From: Octopus vulgaris | Lineage: Eukaryota | NCBI GenBank assembly: GCA_951406725.2 | Contig: OX597830.1 | Span: 22,320,001-22,384,000, forward strand | Direction: 5' to 3' | Length of the DNA: 64,000 bases | In this document: in pieces, positions 50,691 through 63,099 of the stretch | Position numbering within the stretch: position 1 is the first letter of the stretch | Layout: each line of letters opens with the position of its first letter | Translations under genes and position numbers: made by a program | The notes under the pieces: model-generated | Seen by the model: only the letters and a program-made list of their open reading frames with translations | Database searches by the model: none | Told to the model about the DNA's origin: nothing

Positions 50691-51654
50691 AAAGCTGTTT
50701 GGTCATTCAGGAATCTGCCAAGTGATGTTGTCATCTCCTGGTCAACACCAGGTGACCAATGTCCCAAATTGCCTGCATGCAGATTGGGAGCTGCGGTTTC
50801 CAGTGACATCTTCAACCTACTGCCCCCCTCCCCATCATTACAGGGCTTGGGGAGTTGTGGATGTGGACAGGTCCTTTGGCTTGCATGATGGAGTTTTAAA
50901 GTGAAGTGCAATCTGTTCAGAACTGGCCTTACCCTTTACACCCAGGGTTTATCTGCTGTGGCTTAGCAAGCTGGGATGATGACAGAGAGGTGCTTGTCCT
51001 TCTCTTAGACAGGCTGCTGATCATGGCTAACAAGCCCTATCTGCTTGGAGCAGTCTGGTTATACTGCGCCAGACACCTGCAATCATCCTCTCCTGCTAGT
51101 TTAGATTCAGGTGGTACCATGGGGAGGTCAGAGTAGGACTTGGGATTTGCATCGCTCTGTGGAAGTCTTAGCCCAGTATGGTGCTTGTCCAAACTAGCAT
51201 TTGGTGACTATGTGGACCCCCGTATACTATGATATACCATTGTGGTATATGGGGGTAATATAATATCTTTTGGGTTAATAAGAGTCAAGGTAATAAACAT
51301 CAAGAAATATGAAGACAAGATAAAATTGACTGCGATGTTTGTTCTCTCACTAAAAGGAAATACAGCAACTGGTATAACATGAATAAATCTGTCAAATTAA
51401 TACTTAGCTTCAAAGTACTTCTGATGAATGTTAGGAAAAAAACATGAAGCATGGCCTCATAGATTCCGGCTACAATTTTCTCCTCACTGAAGATGCAAAG
51501 ATAAATAAAACTGCTGTTATAGCTGATGTTAGGATGATTGGCTAGTCTATCATGTTAAGGGGTAGACAACCTGTGTATGGCTAGATGGACTGGTACCTAG
51601 AAGTAAAGAGTCCCTAAAGTTAGAGGCAAAATGTGGATACCTAAAGGTAAAAAG

Positions 51655-52072
51655 CAAACCTGTTTCTGTTACAAGCTGAATCAGTCAATCTTCATCAAAT
51701 TGAACAAGTCAGCTGGAGAGGCTGTGAATGTTGAATTTCCCTTCCTTAAAGCTTGAAAACCATTTCTGTGCAGTTCTTTCAGTAATAGCGCCTTTTTGTA
51801 CACAGCACAAATTTCATGAGTAGCTTTTGCTGCTTTGGATCCTTGGTTGAAAGCGAAGAGAAGCTGGTGTTGAAAATGTAAACTTCTACTTGGTACTCTA
51901 TTATCATATGTCTGAAAGGAGGTAAAATTAATTTGTCCAAACCTTGAAAATAATAAACAAATGTTGTAGAGGAAGAATAGAGCTACAAAAATCCCTAAAA
52001 CACTACAATAAAAATATTTTATGTTTTAACTCAAATAACAAAGAAAAGAAAATGAATTTATCTGACAATCAT
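51655..52072 (-). mobile_element. Mariner 5' fragment
   Basis: HFQHQLLFAFNQGSKAAKATHEICAVYKKGAITERTAQKWFSSFKEG; TIR-like atgaatttatctgacaa. Confidence 0.75.
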
Positions 52073-52078
52073 ATATAT

Positions 52079-55000
52079 CATCATCATCATCGTTTAACGT
52101 CCGTTTTCCGCGCTAGCACGGGTTGGACGGTTCGACCGGGGTCTGGGAAGCCAGGGGTCGCTCCAGGCTCCAGTCTGATCTGGCAGAGTTTCTACGGCTG
52201 GATGCCCTTCCTAACGCCAACCACTCCGTGAGTGGAGTGGGTGCTTTTACGTGCCACCTGCACAGGGGCCGGGGGGTCCGGCATCGGTCACGATCGGTTC
52301 GAGCTTTTAACGTGCCAGCGGCACAGGGGCAACGGGATCCGGGGTACTTTGGGGATCTGGGGTACTTTGAATGGGTAGGGGGTATGTGGAATTGCTGCAG
52401 AAAGCAGCCCGGGTCTTTGCAGTCACAGCATATCTCCAGAGATCTCGGTCCTTCGCCATTGCCTCAGTGAGGCCCAATGCTCTGAGGTCATGCTTGACTA
52501 CCTCATCCCATGTCTTCCTGGGTCTACCTCTCCCCCTGATACCTTCAACTGTTTGGGAGTGGCGCTTCTTCACACATCTCTCTTCATCCATCCGCAGCAC
52601 ATGACCATACCATCGCAAGCGTCGCTCTTGCACACCACATCTGATGCTTCTTATATCCAGCATTTCTCTCAGGATGCTTACACTCTGTCTTGCGTGCACA
52701 CTGACGCTACACATCCAGCGGATCATGCTAGCTTCATTTCTTTCCTCTGCAGTCACAGCCCATGTTTCATTACCGTGAAGCATGGCAGTTCGCACACATG
52801 CATCATACAATCTACCTTTCGCTCTGAGGGAGAGACCTTTTGTTGCCAGTAGGGGTAGGAGCTTTCTGAACTTTGCCCAGGCTATTCGTATTCTAGTAGT
52901 GATACTCTCTGTGCATCCACTTCCGCTACTAACTTGGTCACCCAGGTAGCGGAAACTATCAACTACTTCTAGTTTCTCTCCCTGGAGTGTGATGAAATCT
53001 GTTTTCTGAGTGTCTGTTGTGTCTATTGTCCCTGTGCATCTGCCGCACATGAAAGCTATCTTATCTGTTAATTTCCCTTTAATGTTGCTGCACCTCTTAT
53101 GTGTCCATAGCTTACATTGGGTGCATCTTATGGAGTTTCTACCTGTACCTTTCCTACAGATTGAGCAGGGCCACCTACCCGAGGGGGTGTGTGCTGAGTA
53201 CCTCTTGCTGCTTACTAATACTTTGGTCTTTGCTACATTTATTCTAAGGCCCTTTAATTCTAACCCTTGCTTCCACACCCGAAATTTCTTTTCTAGTTCC
53301 GGTAGTGATTCTGCTATGAGAGCTAGGTCATCGGCATAGAGGAGCTCCCAGGGGCATCCCGTTTTGAATTCCTCTGTTATTGCCTGAAGGACTATGATGA
53401 ATAAAAGGGGACTGAGGGCTGAGCCCTGGTGCACACCTACTTCTACCCGGAATTCTTCACTATATTCGTTGCCAATCCTAACCTTGCTGATAGCCTCTCT
53501 GTATAGAGCCTGTACAGCCCTTATTAGCCATTCGTCAATCTCCAGTTTCCGCATCGACCACCAGATAAGGGAATGGGGAACTCTGTCAAAGGCTTTCTCC
53601 AAGTCTACAAAAGCTATGTAGAGGGGTTTATCTTTAGCTAGGTACTTCTCCTGCAGTTGTCGGACCAGGAATATAGCATCAGTGGTGCTTCTACCTGGTA
53701 CAAAACCGAACTGCATTTCATCTAAACAAATTCTCTCCCTAATGAGATGGGTTATGACCTTCTCTGAGACCTTCATCACCTGGTCCAACAGTTTGATACC
53801 TCTGTAGTTATTTCTATCTAGAGCATCACCCTTACCCTTGTAGCAGTTGACTATGGTGCTGCTGCACCAGTCATTGGGTATGACTCCATTGTGAACTACC
53901 TGGTTTACAATGCGGGTGACTATGTCATAGCCCACATAGCCAGCTGTTTTAAGCATCTCAGCAGTGATTTCTGATAGGCCGGGGGCTTTACCTGGTTTCA
54001 TATCTTTAATTGCCTTATCTACAAGGGAGCTGTCTATTCGGGTAGCTGGTCCCTCTACTGGGTCAACATTTGGCAGGCTCTCCTCCTCCCATTCATTCTC
54101 CTCATTCAGCAGTCTTTCATAATGGCTTCTCCAAGCCTCTTTCTTTTCACTAGCAGTAAAAGCAAGTGCCCCATCATCCATGCGGACACATTTCTCTCCT
54201 ATAACATCACTATTTTCTCTGACACACTGTCTGGCAATCCGAAATACTTCAGCTCTTTGATCCTCGCGTCGCTGGACATTGGCAAGCTTCTTCTTTTCTG
54301 CTACATCTTTGGCTATGTATACCTGCCGCCCAGCCTCCCTTTTGGCTATCTGGTACAGTTCCCTGCTGCCCCCATCCTTCCAGGCTTTCCAGGCCCGTCT
54401 CTTTTTACAGATGGCCTTATCTACTGCACTATTCCACCACCACGTAATTCTAGGTCTGGAAGGGACTTTGCACCATCCACAGACTCGGTCTGTGGCACTC
54501 AGCAAGCTGTCCCGTAGGAATTCCCAGCTACCTTCTATGTCTGACGTCTGAAGCTCCTCCTCCCTCTCATCAAATTTCTTGATGAGTATGTCCCTAAATT
54601 TCTGACCATGTGAAGGGTTCTTTAGCCTCCAAATCCTTCTTTTCTGGATTGGTTTGTTTCTTGGAGTCCTTCTGGCCTCAAGCTTAAAGTCACTGATGAT
54701 TAGTCTATGCTGAGGGATACATTCTTCACCCGGGAGGGTCTTTGTATTCAAGAGCAACCCTGCATCCCGCTGTCTGGTGAGGATGAAGTCTATTTGGTTA
54801 GCGGAGTCTCCTGACTGATAAGTTATAAGGTGGCAGACTGGCTTCTTGAAGTTAGTATTGCAGATTGAAAGGTTACATGCATCACAGAATTCCAGCAGTC
54901 TAGTTCCCTCATCATTTCTGGTGCCAATACCATGGCCACCATGTACCCCAGTGAAGATACCCGATTCCCGCCCAACATGCCCATTAAAATCTCCACCTAC

Positions 55001-57060
55001 AAAGATGAGGTCCTTGCTACTAGTTTTGAAGTAGCCTGCAGAAGGGTATCATAAAAGTTGTCCTTCTGATCATTTGGTAGTCCCGCTTGTGGGGCATAGG
55101 CGGAGATAATCATAGCTGTGCCACTCTGTAGGACCAACCTGAGCTTAAGCACTCTATCACAAACCCTGACAACCTCTATGACCTTATCCACCCATTTCTC
55201 CGCAAGGAGAATGCCTACACCCCCTACACCTTCCACGTTACCTTGCCAGAAGAGTTTGTACCTAAGTGCCTTGCCCGTGAGAACCCTAGCAGAAGCACCT
55301 CTCCATCTTACCTCTTGTATGCAGCATACATCAACCTGTCTTCTCTCTAGCATCTCTACAATCTCACTAGACTTGCTTGTCAATGTACCAACATTGATAG
55401 TGCCAACTCTGAAAACTGGGAAGGGGATGTGGGGGGGAGGGGGGATTCAGCGCCTGAGAAGAGGAGGGTTGTTGTGGTGGTGATAGTTTTCGTGGCATTT
55501 TTCTTTTGATCTCTCTTCCGACCTGACCACGCCGTGGGCAGGAGCTGGTGTTAGCAGTGGTCATTCGTTATCGTCACTGAGTAATGTAATTAGGTAGCGT
55601 AGTAAGGAGGAAAAATACAGATATTCTAGAGTTGAGTTGGGGGGGTCCAGCTGAGAAAAGTTTCACCAGTGAAAAGAGAGGGAGAGATAGTGGAGGGGTG
55701 CGGGTAATATAGGGGAGCACCAGTGGGGAAGGTTGGGGTAAGGAGGAACGATGGCAGGAAGGGTCGGTGCAGGTTCGTAAGAAATAAAAACGTAGGATAT
55801 TACGAGGCGGGGAGGGGACTGGAAGGAGATAGTCGGATTGAGGCAGTGTCAGATTCAAAACAGGAGGAAGCGTAAGATCAGTGGACGGTTGATGAGCTGT
55901 GGCGCTAGCAGCTTGTCTTTTCACAGTGAAAGCATATGAGGAGAAGGGGTAGGAAGGGGTGGGGGGGGAGGAGGAGGGAGGAGGGCGTATCTGGTGTAGA
56001 TGGTGAGAACAGTGTTCACCGGTATTGGTGGTGGGGGTGGGAGGGCGTGTTCACCGGTATTGGAGGTGGGGGTGGGAGGGCGGTCGCACCGCCGATGGCG
56101 GAAAGATGGAATTAAGGATTGAAGGTAGCCTTAAAGGCTAAATTTCGTAGAGAAAGATAGGAAAGACAAATCAAGTTACTGTACAAGTTGAGACATTTAA
56201 CAGTGGCAACGTATGAATGTATGTTGTAACAGCGAATGAATGTATGTTGTGCGATGTACGGAAAATAATAAGATAAATCTTTAAACTTGCTGTGGTCATC
56301 GACCGGAAGTTGAGTTGAAGAAGAAGGAAGTTGAATTGGGAATTTGTAATGGCGATTTTCAAGTTTGAGCAGCAGCAGAAGAAGAAGAAGAAGAAGAGGA
56401 CACCGCCGATGGCGGAAAGATGGAATTAAGGATTGAAGGTAGCCTTAAAGGCTAAATTTCGTAGAGAAAGATAGGAAAGATAAATCAAGTTACTGTACAA
56501 GTTGAGACATTTAACAGTGGCAACGTATGAATGTATGTTGTAACAGCAAATGAATGTATGTTGTGCGATGTACGGAAAATAATAAGATAAATCTTTAAAC
56601 TTGCTGTGGTCATCGACCGGAAGTTGAGTTGAAGAAGAAGGAAGTTGAATTGGGAATTTGTAATGGCAATTTTCAAGTTTGAGCAGCAGAAGAAGAAGAA
56701 GAAGAAGAGGACACCGCTGATGGCGGAATGATGGAATTAAGGATTGAAGGTAGCCTTAAAGGCTAAATTTCGTAGAGAAAGATAGGAAAGACAAATCAAG
56801 TTACTGTACAAGTTGAGACATTTAACAGTGGCAACGTATGAATGTATGTTGTAACAGCGAATGAATGTATGTTGTGCGATGTACGGAAAAATAATAAGAT
56901 AAATCTTTAAACTTGCTGTGGGCATCGACCGGAAGTTGAGTTGAAGAAGAAGGAAGTTGAATTGGGAATTTGTAATGGCAATTTTCAAGTTTGAGCAGCA
57001 GAAGAAGAAGAAGAAGAGGACACCACCGATGGCGGAAAGATGGAATTAAGGATTGAAGGT
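52079..57060 (-). mobile_element. RTE-clade LINE copy 2 (1-nt frameshift ~55022, 15-bp deletion ~52745)
   Basis: Near-identical to copy 1; ORFs 54997-55383 and 52307-54757; flanked on both sides by atatatat. Confidence 0.95.
56087..57060 (-). repeat. Three and a fraction ~310-314-bp tandem monomers at the RTE copy 2 5' end
   Basis: Identical short ORFs at 56171 and 56485 give a period of 314. Confidence 0.92.
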
Positions 57061-57074
57061 ATATATATATATAA

Positions 57075-58670
57075 CTTCCCATCACAACAACAAAACTACC
57101 ACCTCCCTCAACACTAGTCAAAAAAGTACAAATACCTGTGCCAGCCACAATCTTATCTGCTGAAGAGGAAGTATTCGAAAATTCCCAAATTTTGTGGTCT
57201 GCAGAAGCCAACCGGTCAACTGTGTTGGTTTTGACCATAATCACAAGAATGGAACAAACAAGCCTTGAGAAAAATAACTGCTTCAGGAAGTTGTCTTCAG
57301 TGGTACCATTACTCAACTCTTACTTTTCCTATCGGTCAAGCCAACATTGTCCAGGCGTGCGACCAGAACAGAAATAAAGTCTCCTAACATTACTATCGTC
57401 CTTGATGTCACAAGAAAACCCTCCAGGCATTGATAGAACTCATTCCGTTTACCTGTTGTGCAAGGTGCGTAAATACCTATCAACCTTCAGGTGTTACCAC
57501 TGAAAGTCAGATCCAGGATGACTGGATTACCTTCTGGGTCTACAAAGACTGCGTGTCTGCAGAGCGAGGCTTTTCTGGATCAAAACCACAACCCCACCCC
57601 CTCCCCCTGTCTGACTAGGAGATAGGATTTTCTCATAGTCTTTCAGGAGGTTTGTGAAGGCCTGCAGCTTGTCGAACTTGCTCTCTATAGCAACCATAAT
57701 ATCAATTTTATGTGACCTGAGATCGTCAAGGAAACAGGCATGCTTCCACTTCGAACTCTGGCCATGCACATTTAGAAAACCTATATGTTGCGTGGCCATG
57801 ACAAAAACAGGAAAAGAAGGAAATCTACTTACATTTTAGTCTAGAGGGATCATTCTCAGCACTGGTGTGGGTAGGATTTCCCCCTTTATTTCTTCCATGG
57901 GCGGTTCTTCTGGTGGGTTGAACACTTTTGGTAAGTCTTTTAGCTCAATAATTTCTTTAGGAAATCTGTTCTTGAAGTCCTTGTAAAGTTCTTTAGGGAT
58001 CTTTGCAATGCTGTTTGGATTTTTACTGTTACTCATTAGGTATATTTTACTTTGTAAGTGGGGTTTAATTATCCCCATCATTGAATTATTGGTGCTATTT
58101 TTTTACCTTTCTTTGTTTTTCAGAACTGCCTCTTTAATAGGCGACTCAACTGCTTTCTTTCACCTTTTTCACGACACTGTCTTGAAGTCCATTTCTTCTG
58201 CTGGCGGTGTGGCTTCAGCTGGTTTTTCAATTGGTTCTAGTTCAGTGGCTACCCTCAGTGTAACAGCCTCCGTGGCTGAGGGCGCCAACTCTTCTACATT
58301 TTCTTCCTGTTCCTTCTCCTGTGCTTTTTGTTCCTGTATTTTTTTCTGTTGGGGGCATTTCAACCTCAGGTGCTCCATTTTTCCGCATTTTAAGCACCTG
58401 GGTTTCCTCCCCTCTACATGCACAGCTAATATGGTGTCTTTGCCAATGCATATCTTTTCTGGTAATTTTTCCAGGTTCATTGTTGTTGCCAGGGCCAAGA
58501 TCTCCAGAGTTTGCCCTTGCCAGTTTCGTGGGGCATCTCTGGAGATATTATTTTTATTTTCTCCTCTCTCCCATATAGTAGGGTGGCAATTATCCATACA
58601 ATCTCAATCTCCGGCGGGATGTTTTTAATCTTAATCCGGGATGAGTCCGTTCGAGGAAAGGAGGGAACTG
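57075..58670 (-). pseudogene. Tx1/L1-clade LINE fragment: ORF1 C-half with zinc knuckle and ORF2 endonuclease start
   Basis: RIKIKNIPPEI, VEGRKPRCLKCGKMEHLRLKCP; IGFLNVHG, GGGVVVL, IGIYAP, MLGDF. Confidence 0.8.
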
Positions 58671-59941
58671 AATGTAAGTCCTCCTCGATGAAGGCTTTCT
58701 TCAAACGATCAATCGATACCGTATTTTATTTACCTTCAATATCAAGAACGAAATACTTGTGTTCTCTTTTGATAATCTTGTAAGGCCTGGAATATGGTGG
58801 CTGAAGTTGAGATGGTATCTTATCATTCCTCACGAAAACACGAGTCTAAGTGTTGATATCTTTTGGGACACGTGAAATGACGTTCTGTTGTCTGGGGCCT
58901 GCAGGTGATAAATGCGGCATGGATGGGTGCAATCGGTGCACATATTTTGCTGGGTCAGGAAAGTCTTGTGATGAAACAGATTTGATCATCTGCCCAGGTA
59001 AGGTGAGTGCTGTGCCATAGACGAGTTCAGCTGGAGTATGTCCAAGTTCATCCTTAACCATGGATCGAATACCAAGGATGATGAGAGGGAGATGTTCCAG
59101 CCAGTGAGAACTGTCTGAAGCTGCTTTTATAGATGCTTTGAGTTGGCGGTGAAAACGTTCGACCATGCTATTTGCTGCAGGGATGTAAGCTGTAGTACGG
59201 GTGTGTTTACACCCAAGGAGACGAGTCAGCTTGGTGAAGAGGTGGGAATCAAACTGACGTCCTCTGTCGATTATTTTTTTGGGACGCAGTGTATCGGCGA
59301 GGACCAGTTGCTGCTGGAAGGGCGGATGATTCCGAGGTCGAGCATGTGCTGGAATTCCCGCTTGACAGCCTGGAGATGATCAGGTGGTAATCTTCTGGGC
59401 TTTGCAGCAACAGGTGGACCGCTGGTTTTGATGTGGTGGGTAACGTCGTGTTTGATCGGCTGGTTGTGGAATACTGGTCGAGCAACGTCTGGATATTCAT
59501 TCAGGATGGAACTGTGACGAGTCGTTGTCGTAAGCATTACAGTTGGGCTGACTGTGGCCATACAAGCGGCTATACCGCGCACAGTAAGCTTGGTGGTGCT
59601 GTCAACAAGTCGTCTGTTCTTTATGTCTACCAGGAGACCGAAATGATGCAGGAAATCGGCTCCTAATGTAGGGGTCGGCAGTTTAGCGACGACGAAGACC
59701 CACTGAAATGTGCAGCGTAGTCCTAAGTTCAATGTTAGGGACTGTTGACCGTAGGTTGGGATGGGTGAATGGTTGACTGCCTGAAGACAGACTGATGTCT
59801 CTTTTCTTTTTCCAGAAGTGTTGGAGACTGGGATGATGCTGACTTCCGCACCTGTGTCAACCAGGAAACGCGTGCCTCTTACCCGATCGCAAACGAAAAA
59901 CAGGCGACTGTGTGGGTGCGAGCCAGGAACTTCCGTCGCGT

Positions 59942-60838
59942 TCAATTCCTGGCTGTGCCGTTTCCCGAACTGGGTGAGGAAAACGAGCACGGTACCGTAC
60001 ATTTTTGTGCCCATGTTCCGAATGTTCGATGGTACCAACATGTGTCATGTGAGTTGCAGGTAACACTGGGTCTTCGGGACCGTCTGCCATCTCGTCGCGA
60101 TCGGCTGGTGCTTTGACGCTGGGGACTAAGCTTTAGGGCCTGTATTTGGGCTGTGAGGATCTGTATTTGAGCAGCTTGCTGCGTCATTAATACACGCAAG
60201 TCCAAAATCTTGGAAGAACTGGTTTGTGCATGGAAAGGATTGGTACTGGGAGTGGCTGGCGTCACTGTCGATGCCGTTGGATATTTGTGCGGTACTTCGG
60301 CTATTTTGTCAGCTAGCTCCACCAGTTCTTCAATGGGTGTATTTTCTCTGGTAGAAGCGAGAACAACCTGGGTATTGAAGGGCAGACGCTGGAGAAAAAG
60401 CTGCTTGAAAATTTTTTCTGGGAGGCTTTCATCTCCGAGAAGCTGCTTCATTCTACGAAGAAGCTGGGACGGCATTTTGTTACCCAATTCTTCCGATATC
60501 AGAAGCTGGTGAAGTCGTTTCTGTTGTGATTCGGAGGTTCTGTTTATCAGCGTGGTTTTAAAAACGTCGTACGACACAGAACCGCGTGGTGCCATGATAA
60601 GATCACGGACAACGTTTGTTATTTCTGGCGACAGAGAACCGATAACATGCGAAAGTCGAGACGCATCGCTCAGTATTCTGCGAGAGGAAAACTGTGCCTC
60701 TATATGGTAAAACCATAATGCAGGGTCGTGGGTCCAGAATGGTGGAATTTTCAAAGAAATCGCCGCTTGGAATGCCATGTCGATCGGAGGTATGATATTG
60801 GCCGCTGGATTCTGTTCCGGGAGGTCCATTGTGTTCAT
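59942..60838 (-). CDS. Gypsy gag, intact 298 aa
   Basis: KIPPFWTHDPALWFYHIEAQF, LGNKMPSQLLRRM, CWYHRTFGTWAQKCTVPC. Confidence 0.9.
   Translation of the reverse strand: MNTMDLPEQNPAANIIPPIDMAFQAAISLKIPPFWTHDPALWFYHIEAQFSSRRILSDASRLSHVIGSLSPEITNVVRDLIMAPRGSVSYDVFKTTLINRTSESQQKRLHQLLISEELGNKMPSQLLRRMKQLLGDESLPEKIFKQLFLQRLPFNTQVVLASTRENTPIEELVELADKIAEVPHKYPTASTVTPATPSTNPFHAQTSSSKILDLRVLMTQQAAQIQILTAQIQALKLSPQRQSTSRSRRDGRRSRRPSVTCNSHDTCWYHRTFGTWAQKCTVPCSFSSPSSGNGTARN
59960..59966 (-). promoter_or_regulatory. -1 ribosomal frameshift slippery site G GGA AAC (gag/pol)
   Basis: X XXY YYZ heptamer in the gag frame (S-G-N) within the gag/pol overlap; element A has G GAA AAC at 38056-38062. Confidence 0.7.
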
Positions 60839-61545
60839 CGGAATTCTCAGGTGCTTCGTTGCCGGGTGATGTGCAAACTGTAATTCTTCGACGCGGTTGA
60901 TGAAGCTGGTTCCGGGGAAGGCGCAATTCGTTTTACGGGGTCACCAAATGTAGTGGATGCGTGTGTGTGTAAATAAATACATAAACTGTTTCATGCTTAC
61001 AAAGGGATTTATTTACATGGGTTATAAGTTCACTACATAAAAATGTAAGCAAATGCTATGCATTGCTTGTACAGAACCCATATTAAAGATGAATATGTTT
61101 GTGTGTGTGTGTGGGTGTGTGCGTGAATCATTCAGAACAGTAACCTGTAGGCATTCCTCTAGTCGTCTCCAAAACGCGGGGTGTCTGCTGCTGTGTCAGC
61201 TCCGATTGTGTGTTTCTCTGTTTTTCCCCTTTGTATTTATAATATCTCAAACAGCTAGAAAGATAGCTATACTGCAACAGAATTACTACTTAAGTAGGTC
61301 ATCGTTTGTCCCGTTGAACTTCGCCTGACATGGCTCAGGTCGTAGGTCAAAGGGAGATGATCAATCACTTTTTGACAGAACAAAGGGATTCTTAATTTCG
61401 CGCCTATACATGCGTTGGTATTTGACGACCGATGATTCTTGGATTCGATTTCGAATCCAAGCTTAGAGAAGGAAGTGCTAACTCTTACAGTCCTTTACAA
61501 ATAACGGTCAATTTTCAAGCGATAAACAAAAATGAGCTCAAAAAA

Positions 61546-61598
<53 letters not shown>

Positions 61599-61626
61599 GA
61601 GAAAGAAGCAACAAGAATGGATTAGT

Positions 61627-61717
61627 TTTTAGTACAATTGTTTCATACGAAGACAGGCTTTATTAAAAGTTGCAAAAATTGCAGCAGATAAAAGTGTCCC
61701 GTACTCATCAGCTAAAA
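61627..61717 (-). ncRNA. Type I hammerhead ribozyme (Penelope minimal type)
   Basis: Minus strand ttttag CTGATGA gtacgggaca...tgtcttcgtat GAAA caattg TA ctaaaa: stem I ttttag/ctaaaa, stem II gtacgggaca/tgtcttcgtat, palindromic stem III ACAATTGT, GUA cleavage triplet. Confidence 0.8.
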
Positions 61718-61837
61718 TACATATGAGATCTCCAAACATCTTAGTGGGTGAGGCTATACTCATGAAGTATTGGAGATAATTTCATTAAAGGCAGATTTAG
61801 GTTGCAAACAGATTTCCAAAGTTCTTTAATGACGATG

Positions 61838-62036
61838 CACAGTCTTATCACAGGTTCTTAGAAGCTTATTAGCTTTACAGAGAAGGTGAATTAATCCGTA
61901 GTGTAGATGTAAATTTCCAGAGATATGAGGAGGATGATACACAGACTTATCACAGGTTTTTAAAAGCTTATTAGCTTCACAGAGAAGGTGAATTAATCCG
62001 TAGTGTAGATTTAAATTTCCAGAGATATGAGGAGGA
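61838..62036. repeat. 99-bp tandem duplication
   Basis: Two copies of cacag.cttatcacagg...gatatgaggagga. Confidence 0.85.
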
Positions 62037-62179
62037 ATTTCATACTCACAGACGATGAATTTATCCATGGTTAATCCACAATCATTTCATGCTATATGAT
62101 AAGGTATTTGCCACATTACTGTTCTCCACGCAAAACTGCTATGTTATGACTTCTAAAAGCTGAAGGAATTTTTTGTGGG

Positions 62180-62335
62180 GCAAAGAAAATAAAAGAAAGG
62201 AAAAAGGAGAAAAGAGACAAGGAAAAAAGAAAAAGAAAAAGGAAAAGAAAAACGGGGAGAAGAAAAGAAAAAGAAAAAAAGAAAAAGAAAAGGAAAAAAA
62301 GAAAAAAGGGGAAGAAGGGAGAAAAGAAAAAACGC
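62180..62335. repeat. A/G-rich low-complexity tract
   Basis: Nearly pure purine run; source of the F/S/L-rich spurious ORFs. Confidence 0.85.
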
Positions 62336-63099
62336 CCACATAGAGTATACTGTGACAACTTAGAGGGAAAGGGGGTTCTAAAGTGACCAACTACAGAAGA
62401 ATTTGTAGCCGGCCTGGCTAGCTTGAATTTGTAAGAATCCAGGAACTATGAGGAGAAAATTACTTTTGACCAGTAAAAACAGCTATTTATTGCCAACCTG
62501 ACGTAGTTGAAAGCAGATATGAATCTAAAGAGAATCTAAAGAGATAACAAGGTCAGGAGTAGAGGGGTCAAAGCTATCATCAAAGGGAATACATTAAGAG
62601 AAAAAATCTAAGTGCAACCTTAACAAGAGGTCATTTAAATTTATTTATTTATTCCTGTTACTGTCTTAAATTGTTGCCGTTACTATCTATACATTGACAG
62701 ACTACCGGTCAAAATTTAGAATATAGTTAACAAGGTGTGATGGAATTGTCTATTATATTGAAATTTCTCATACTACTTTCAAGGGAGTAGCCTTACTTAT
62801 TTAATTTTGTAATAGAATTGTGAAGCCTTAGTAACTTATTTTATTAAAGTTGTGTTACCTAAATTAGATTAAGTTCAAAATTAAAATTAAGATTTAAGAA
62901 TTAAATAAAACTTCATTTAAGCAACGTACAAGTACTATTTATTTCCTTATGCTCAAAACTCAGGTGCAGTTATAAAGAAAAAGATAACTGTAGTGTGAGA
63001 ACTCGCAGTTATCTACTTAAAAATTAAAGTAATGCTATACTAGTAAAAACCAAGCTATATCTATCTATCTATCTTGTTATGATTATTCTATACATTTAT

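Larger units (their letters stand above)
58670..61290 (-). mobile_element. Gypsy element B: 5' LTR ~60949-61290, PBS 60935-60946, gag, protease, RT start fused by deletion to the integrase C-half
   Basis: TGGTGACCCCGT PBS; FLVDTGAEVS; SNWSSPIHCVPKK joined at ~59270 to [25 protein letters not shown]. Confidence 0.9.
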
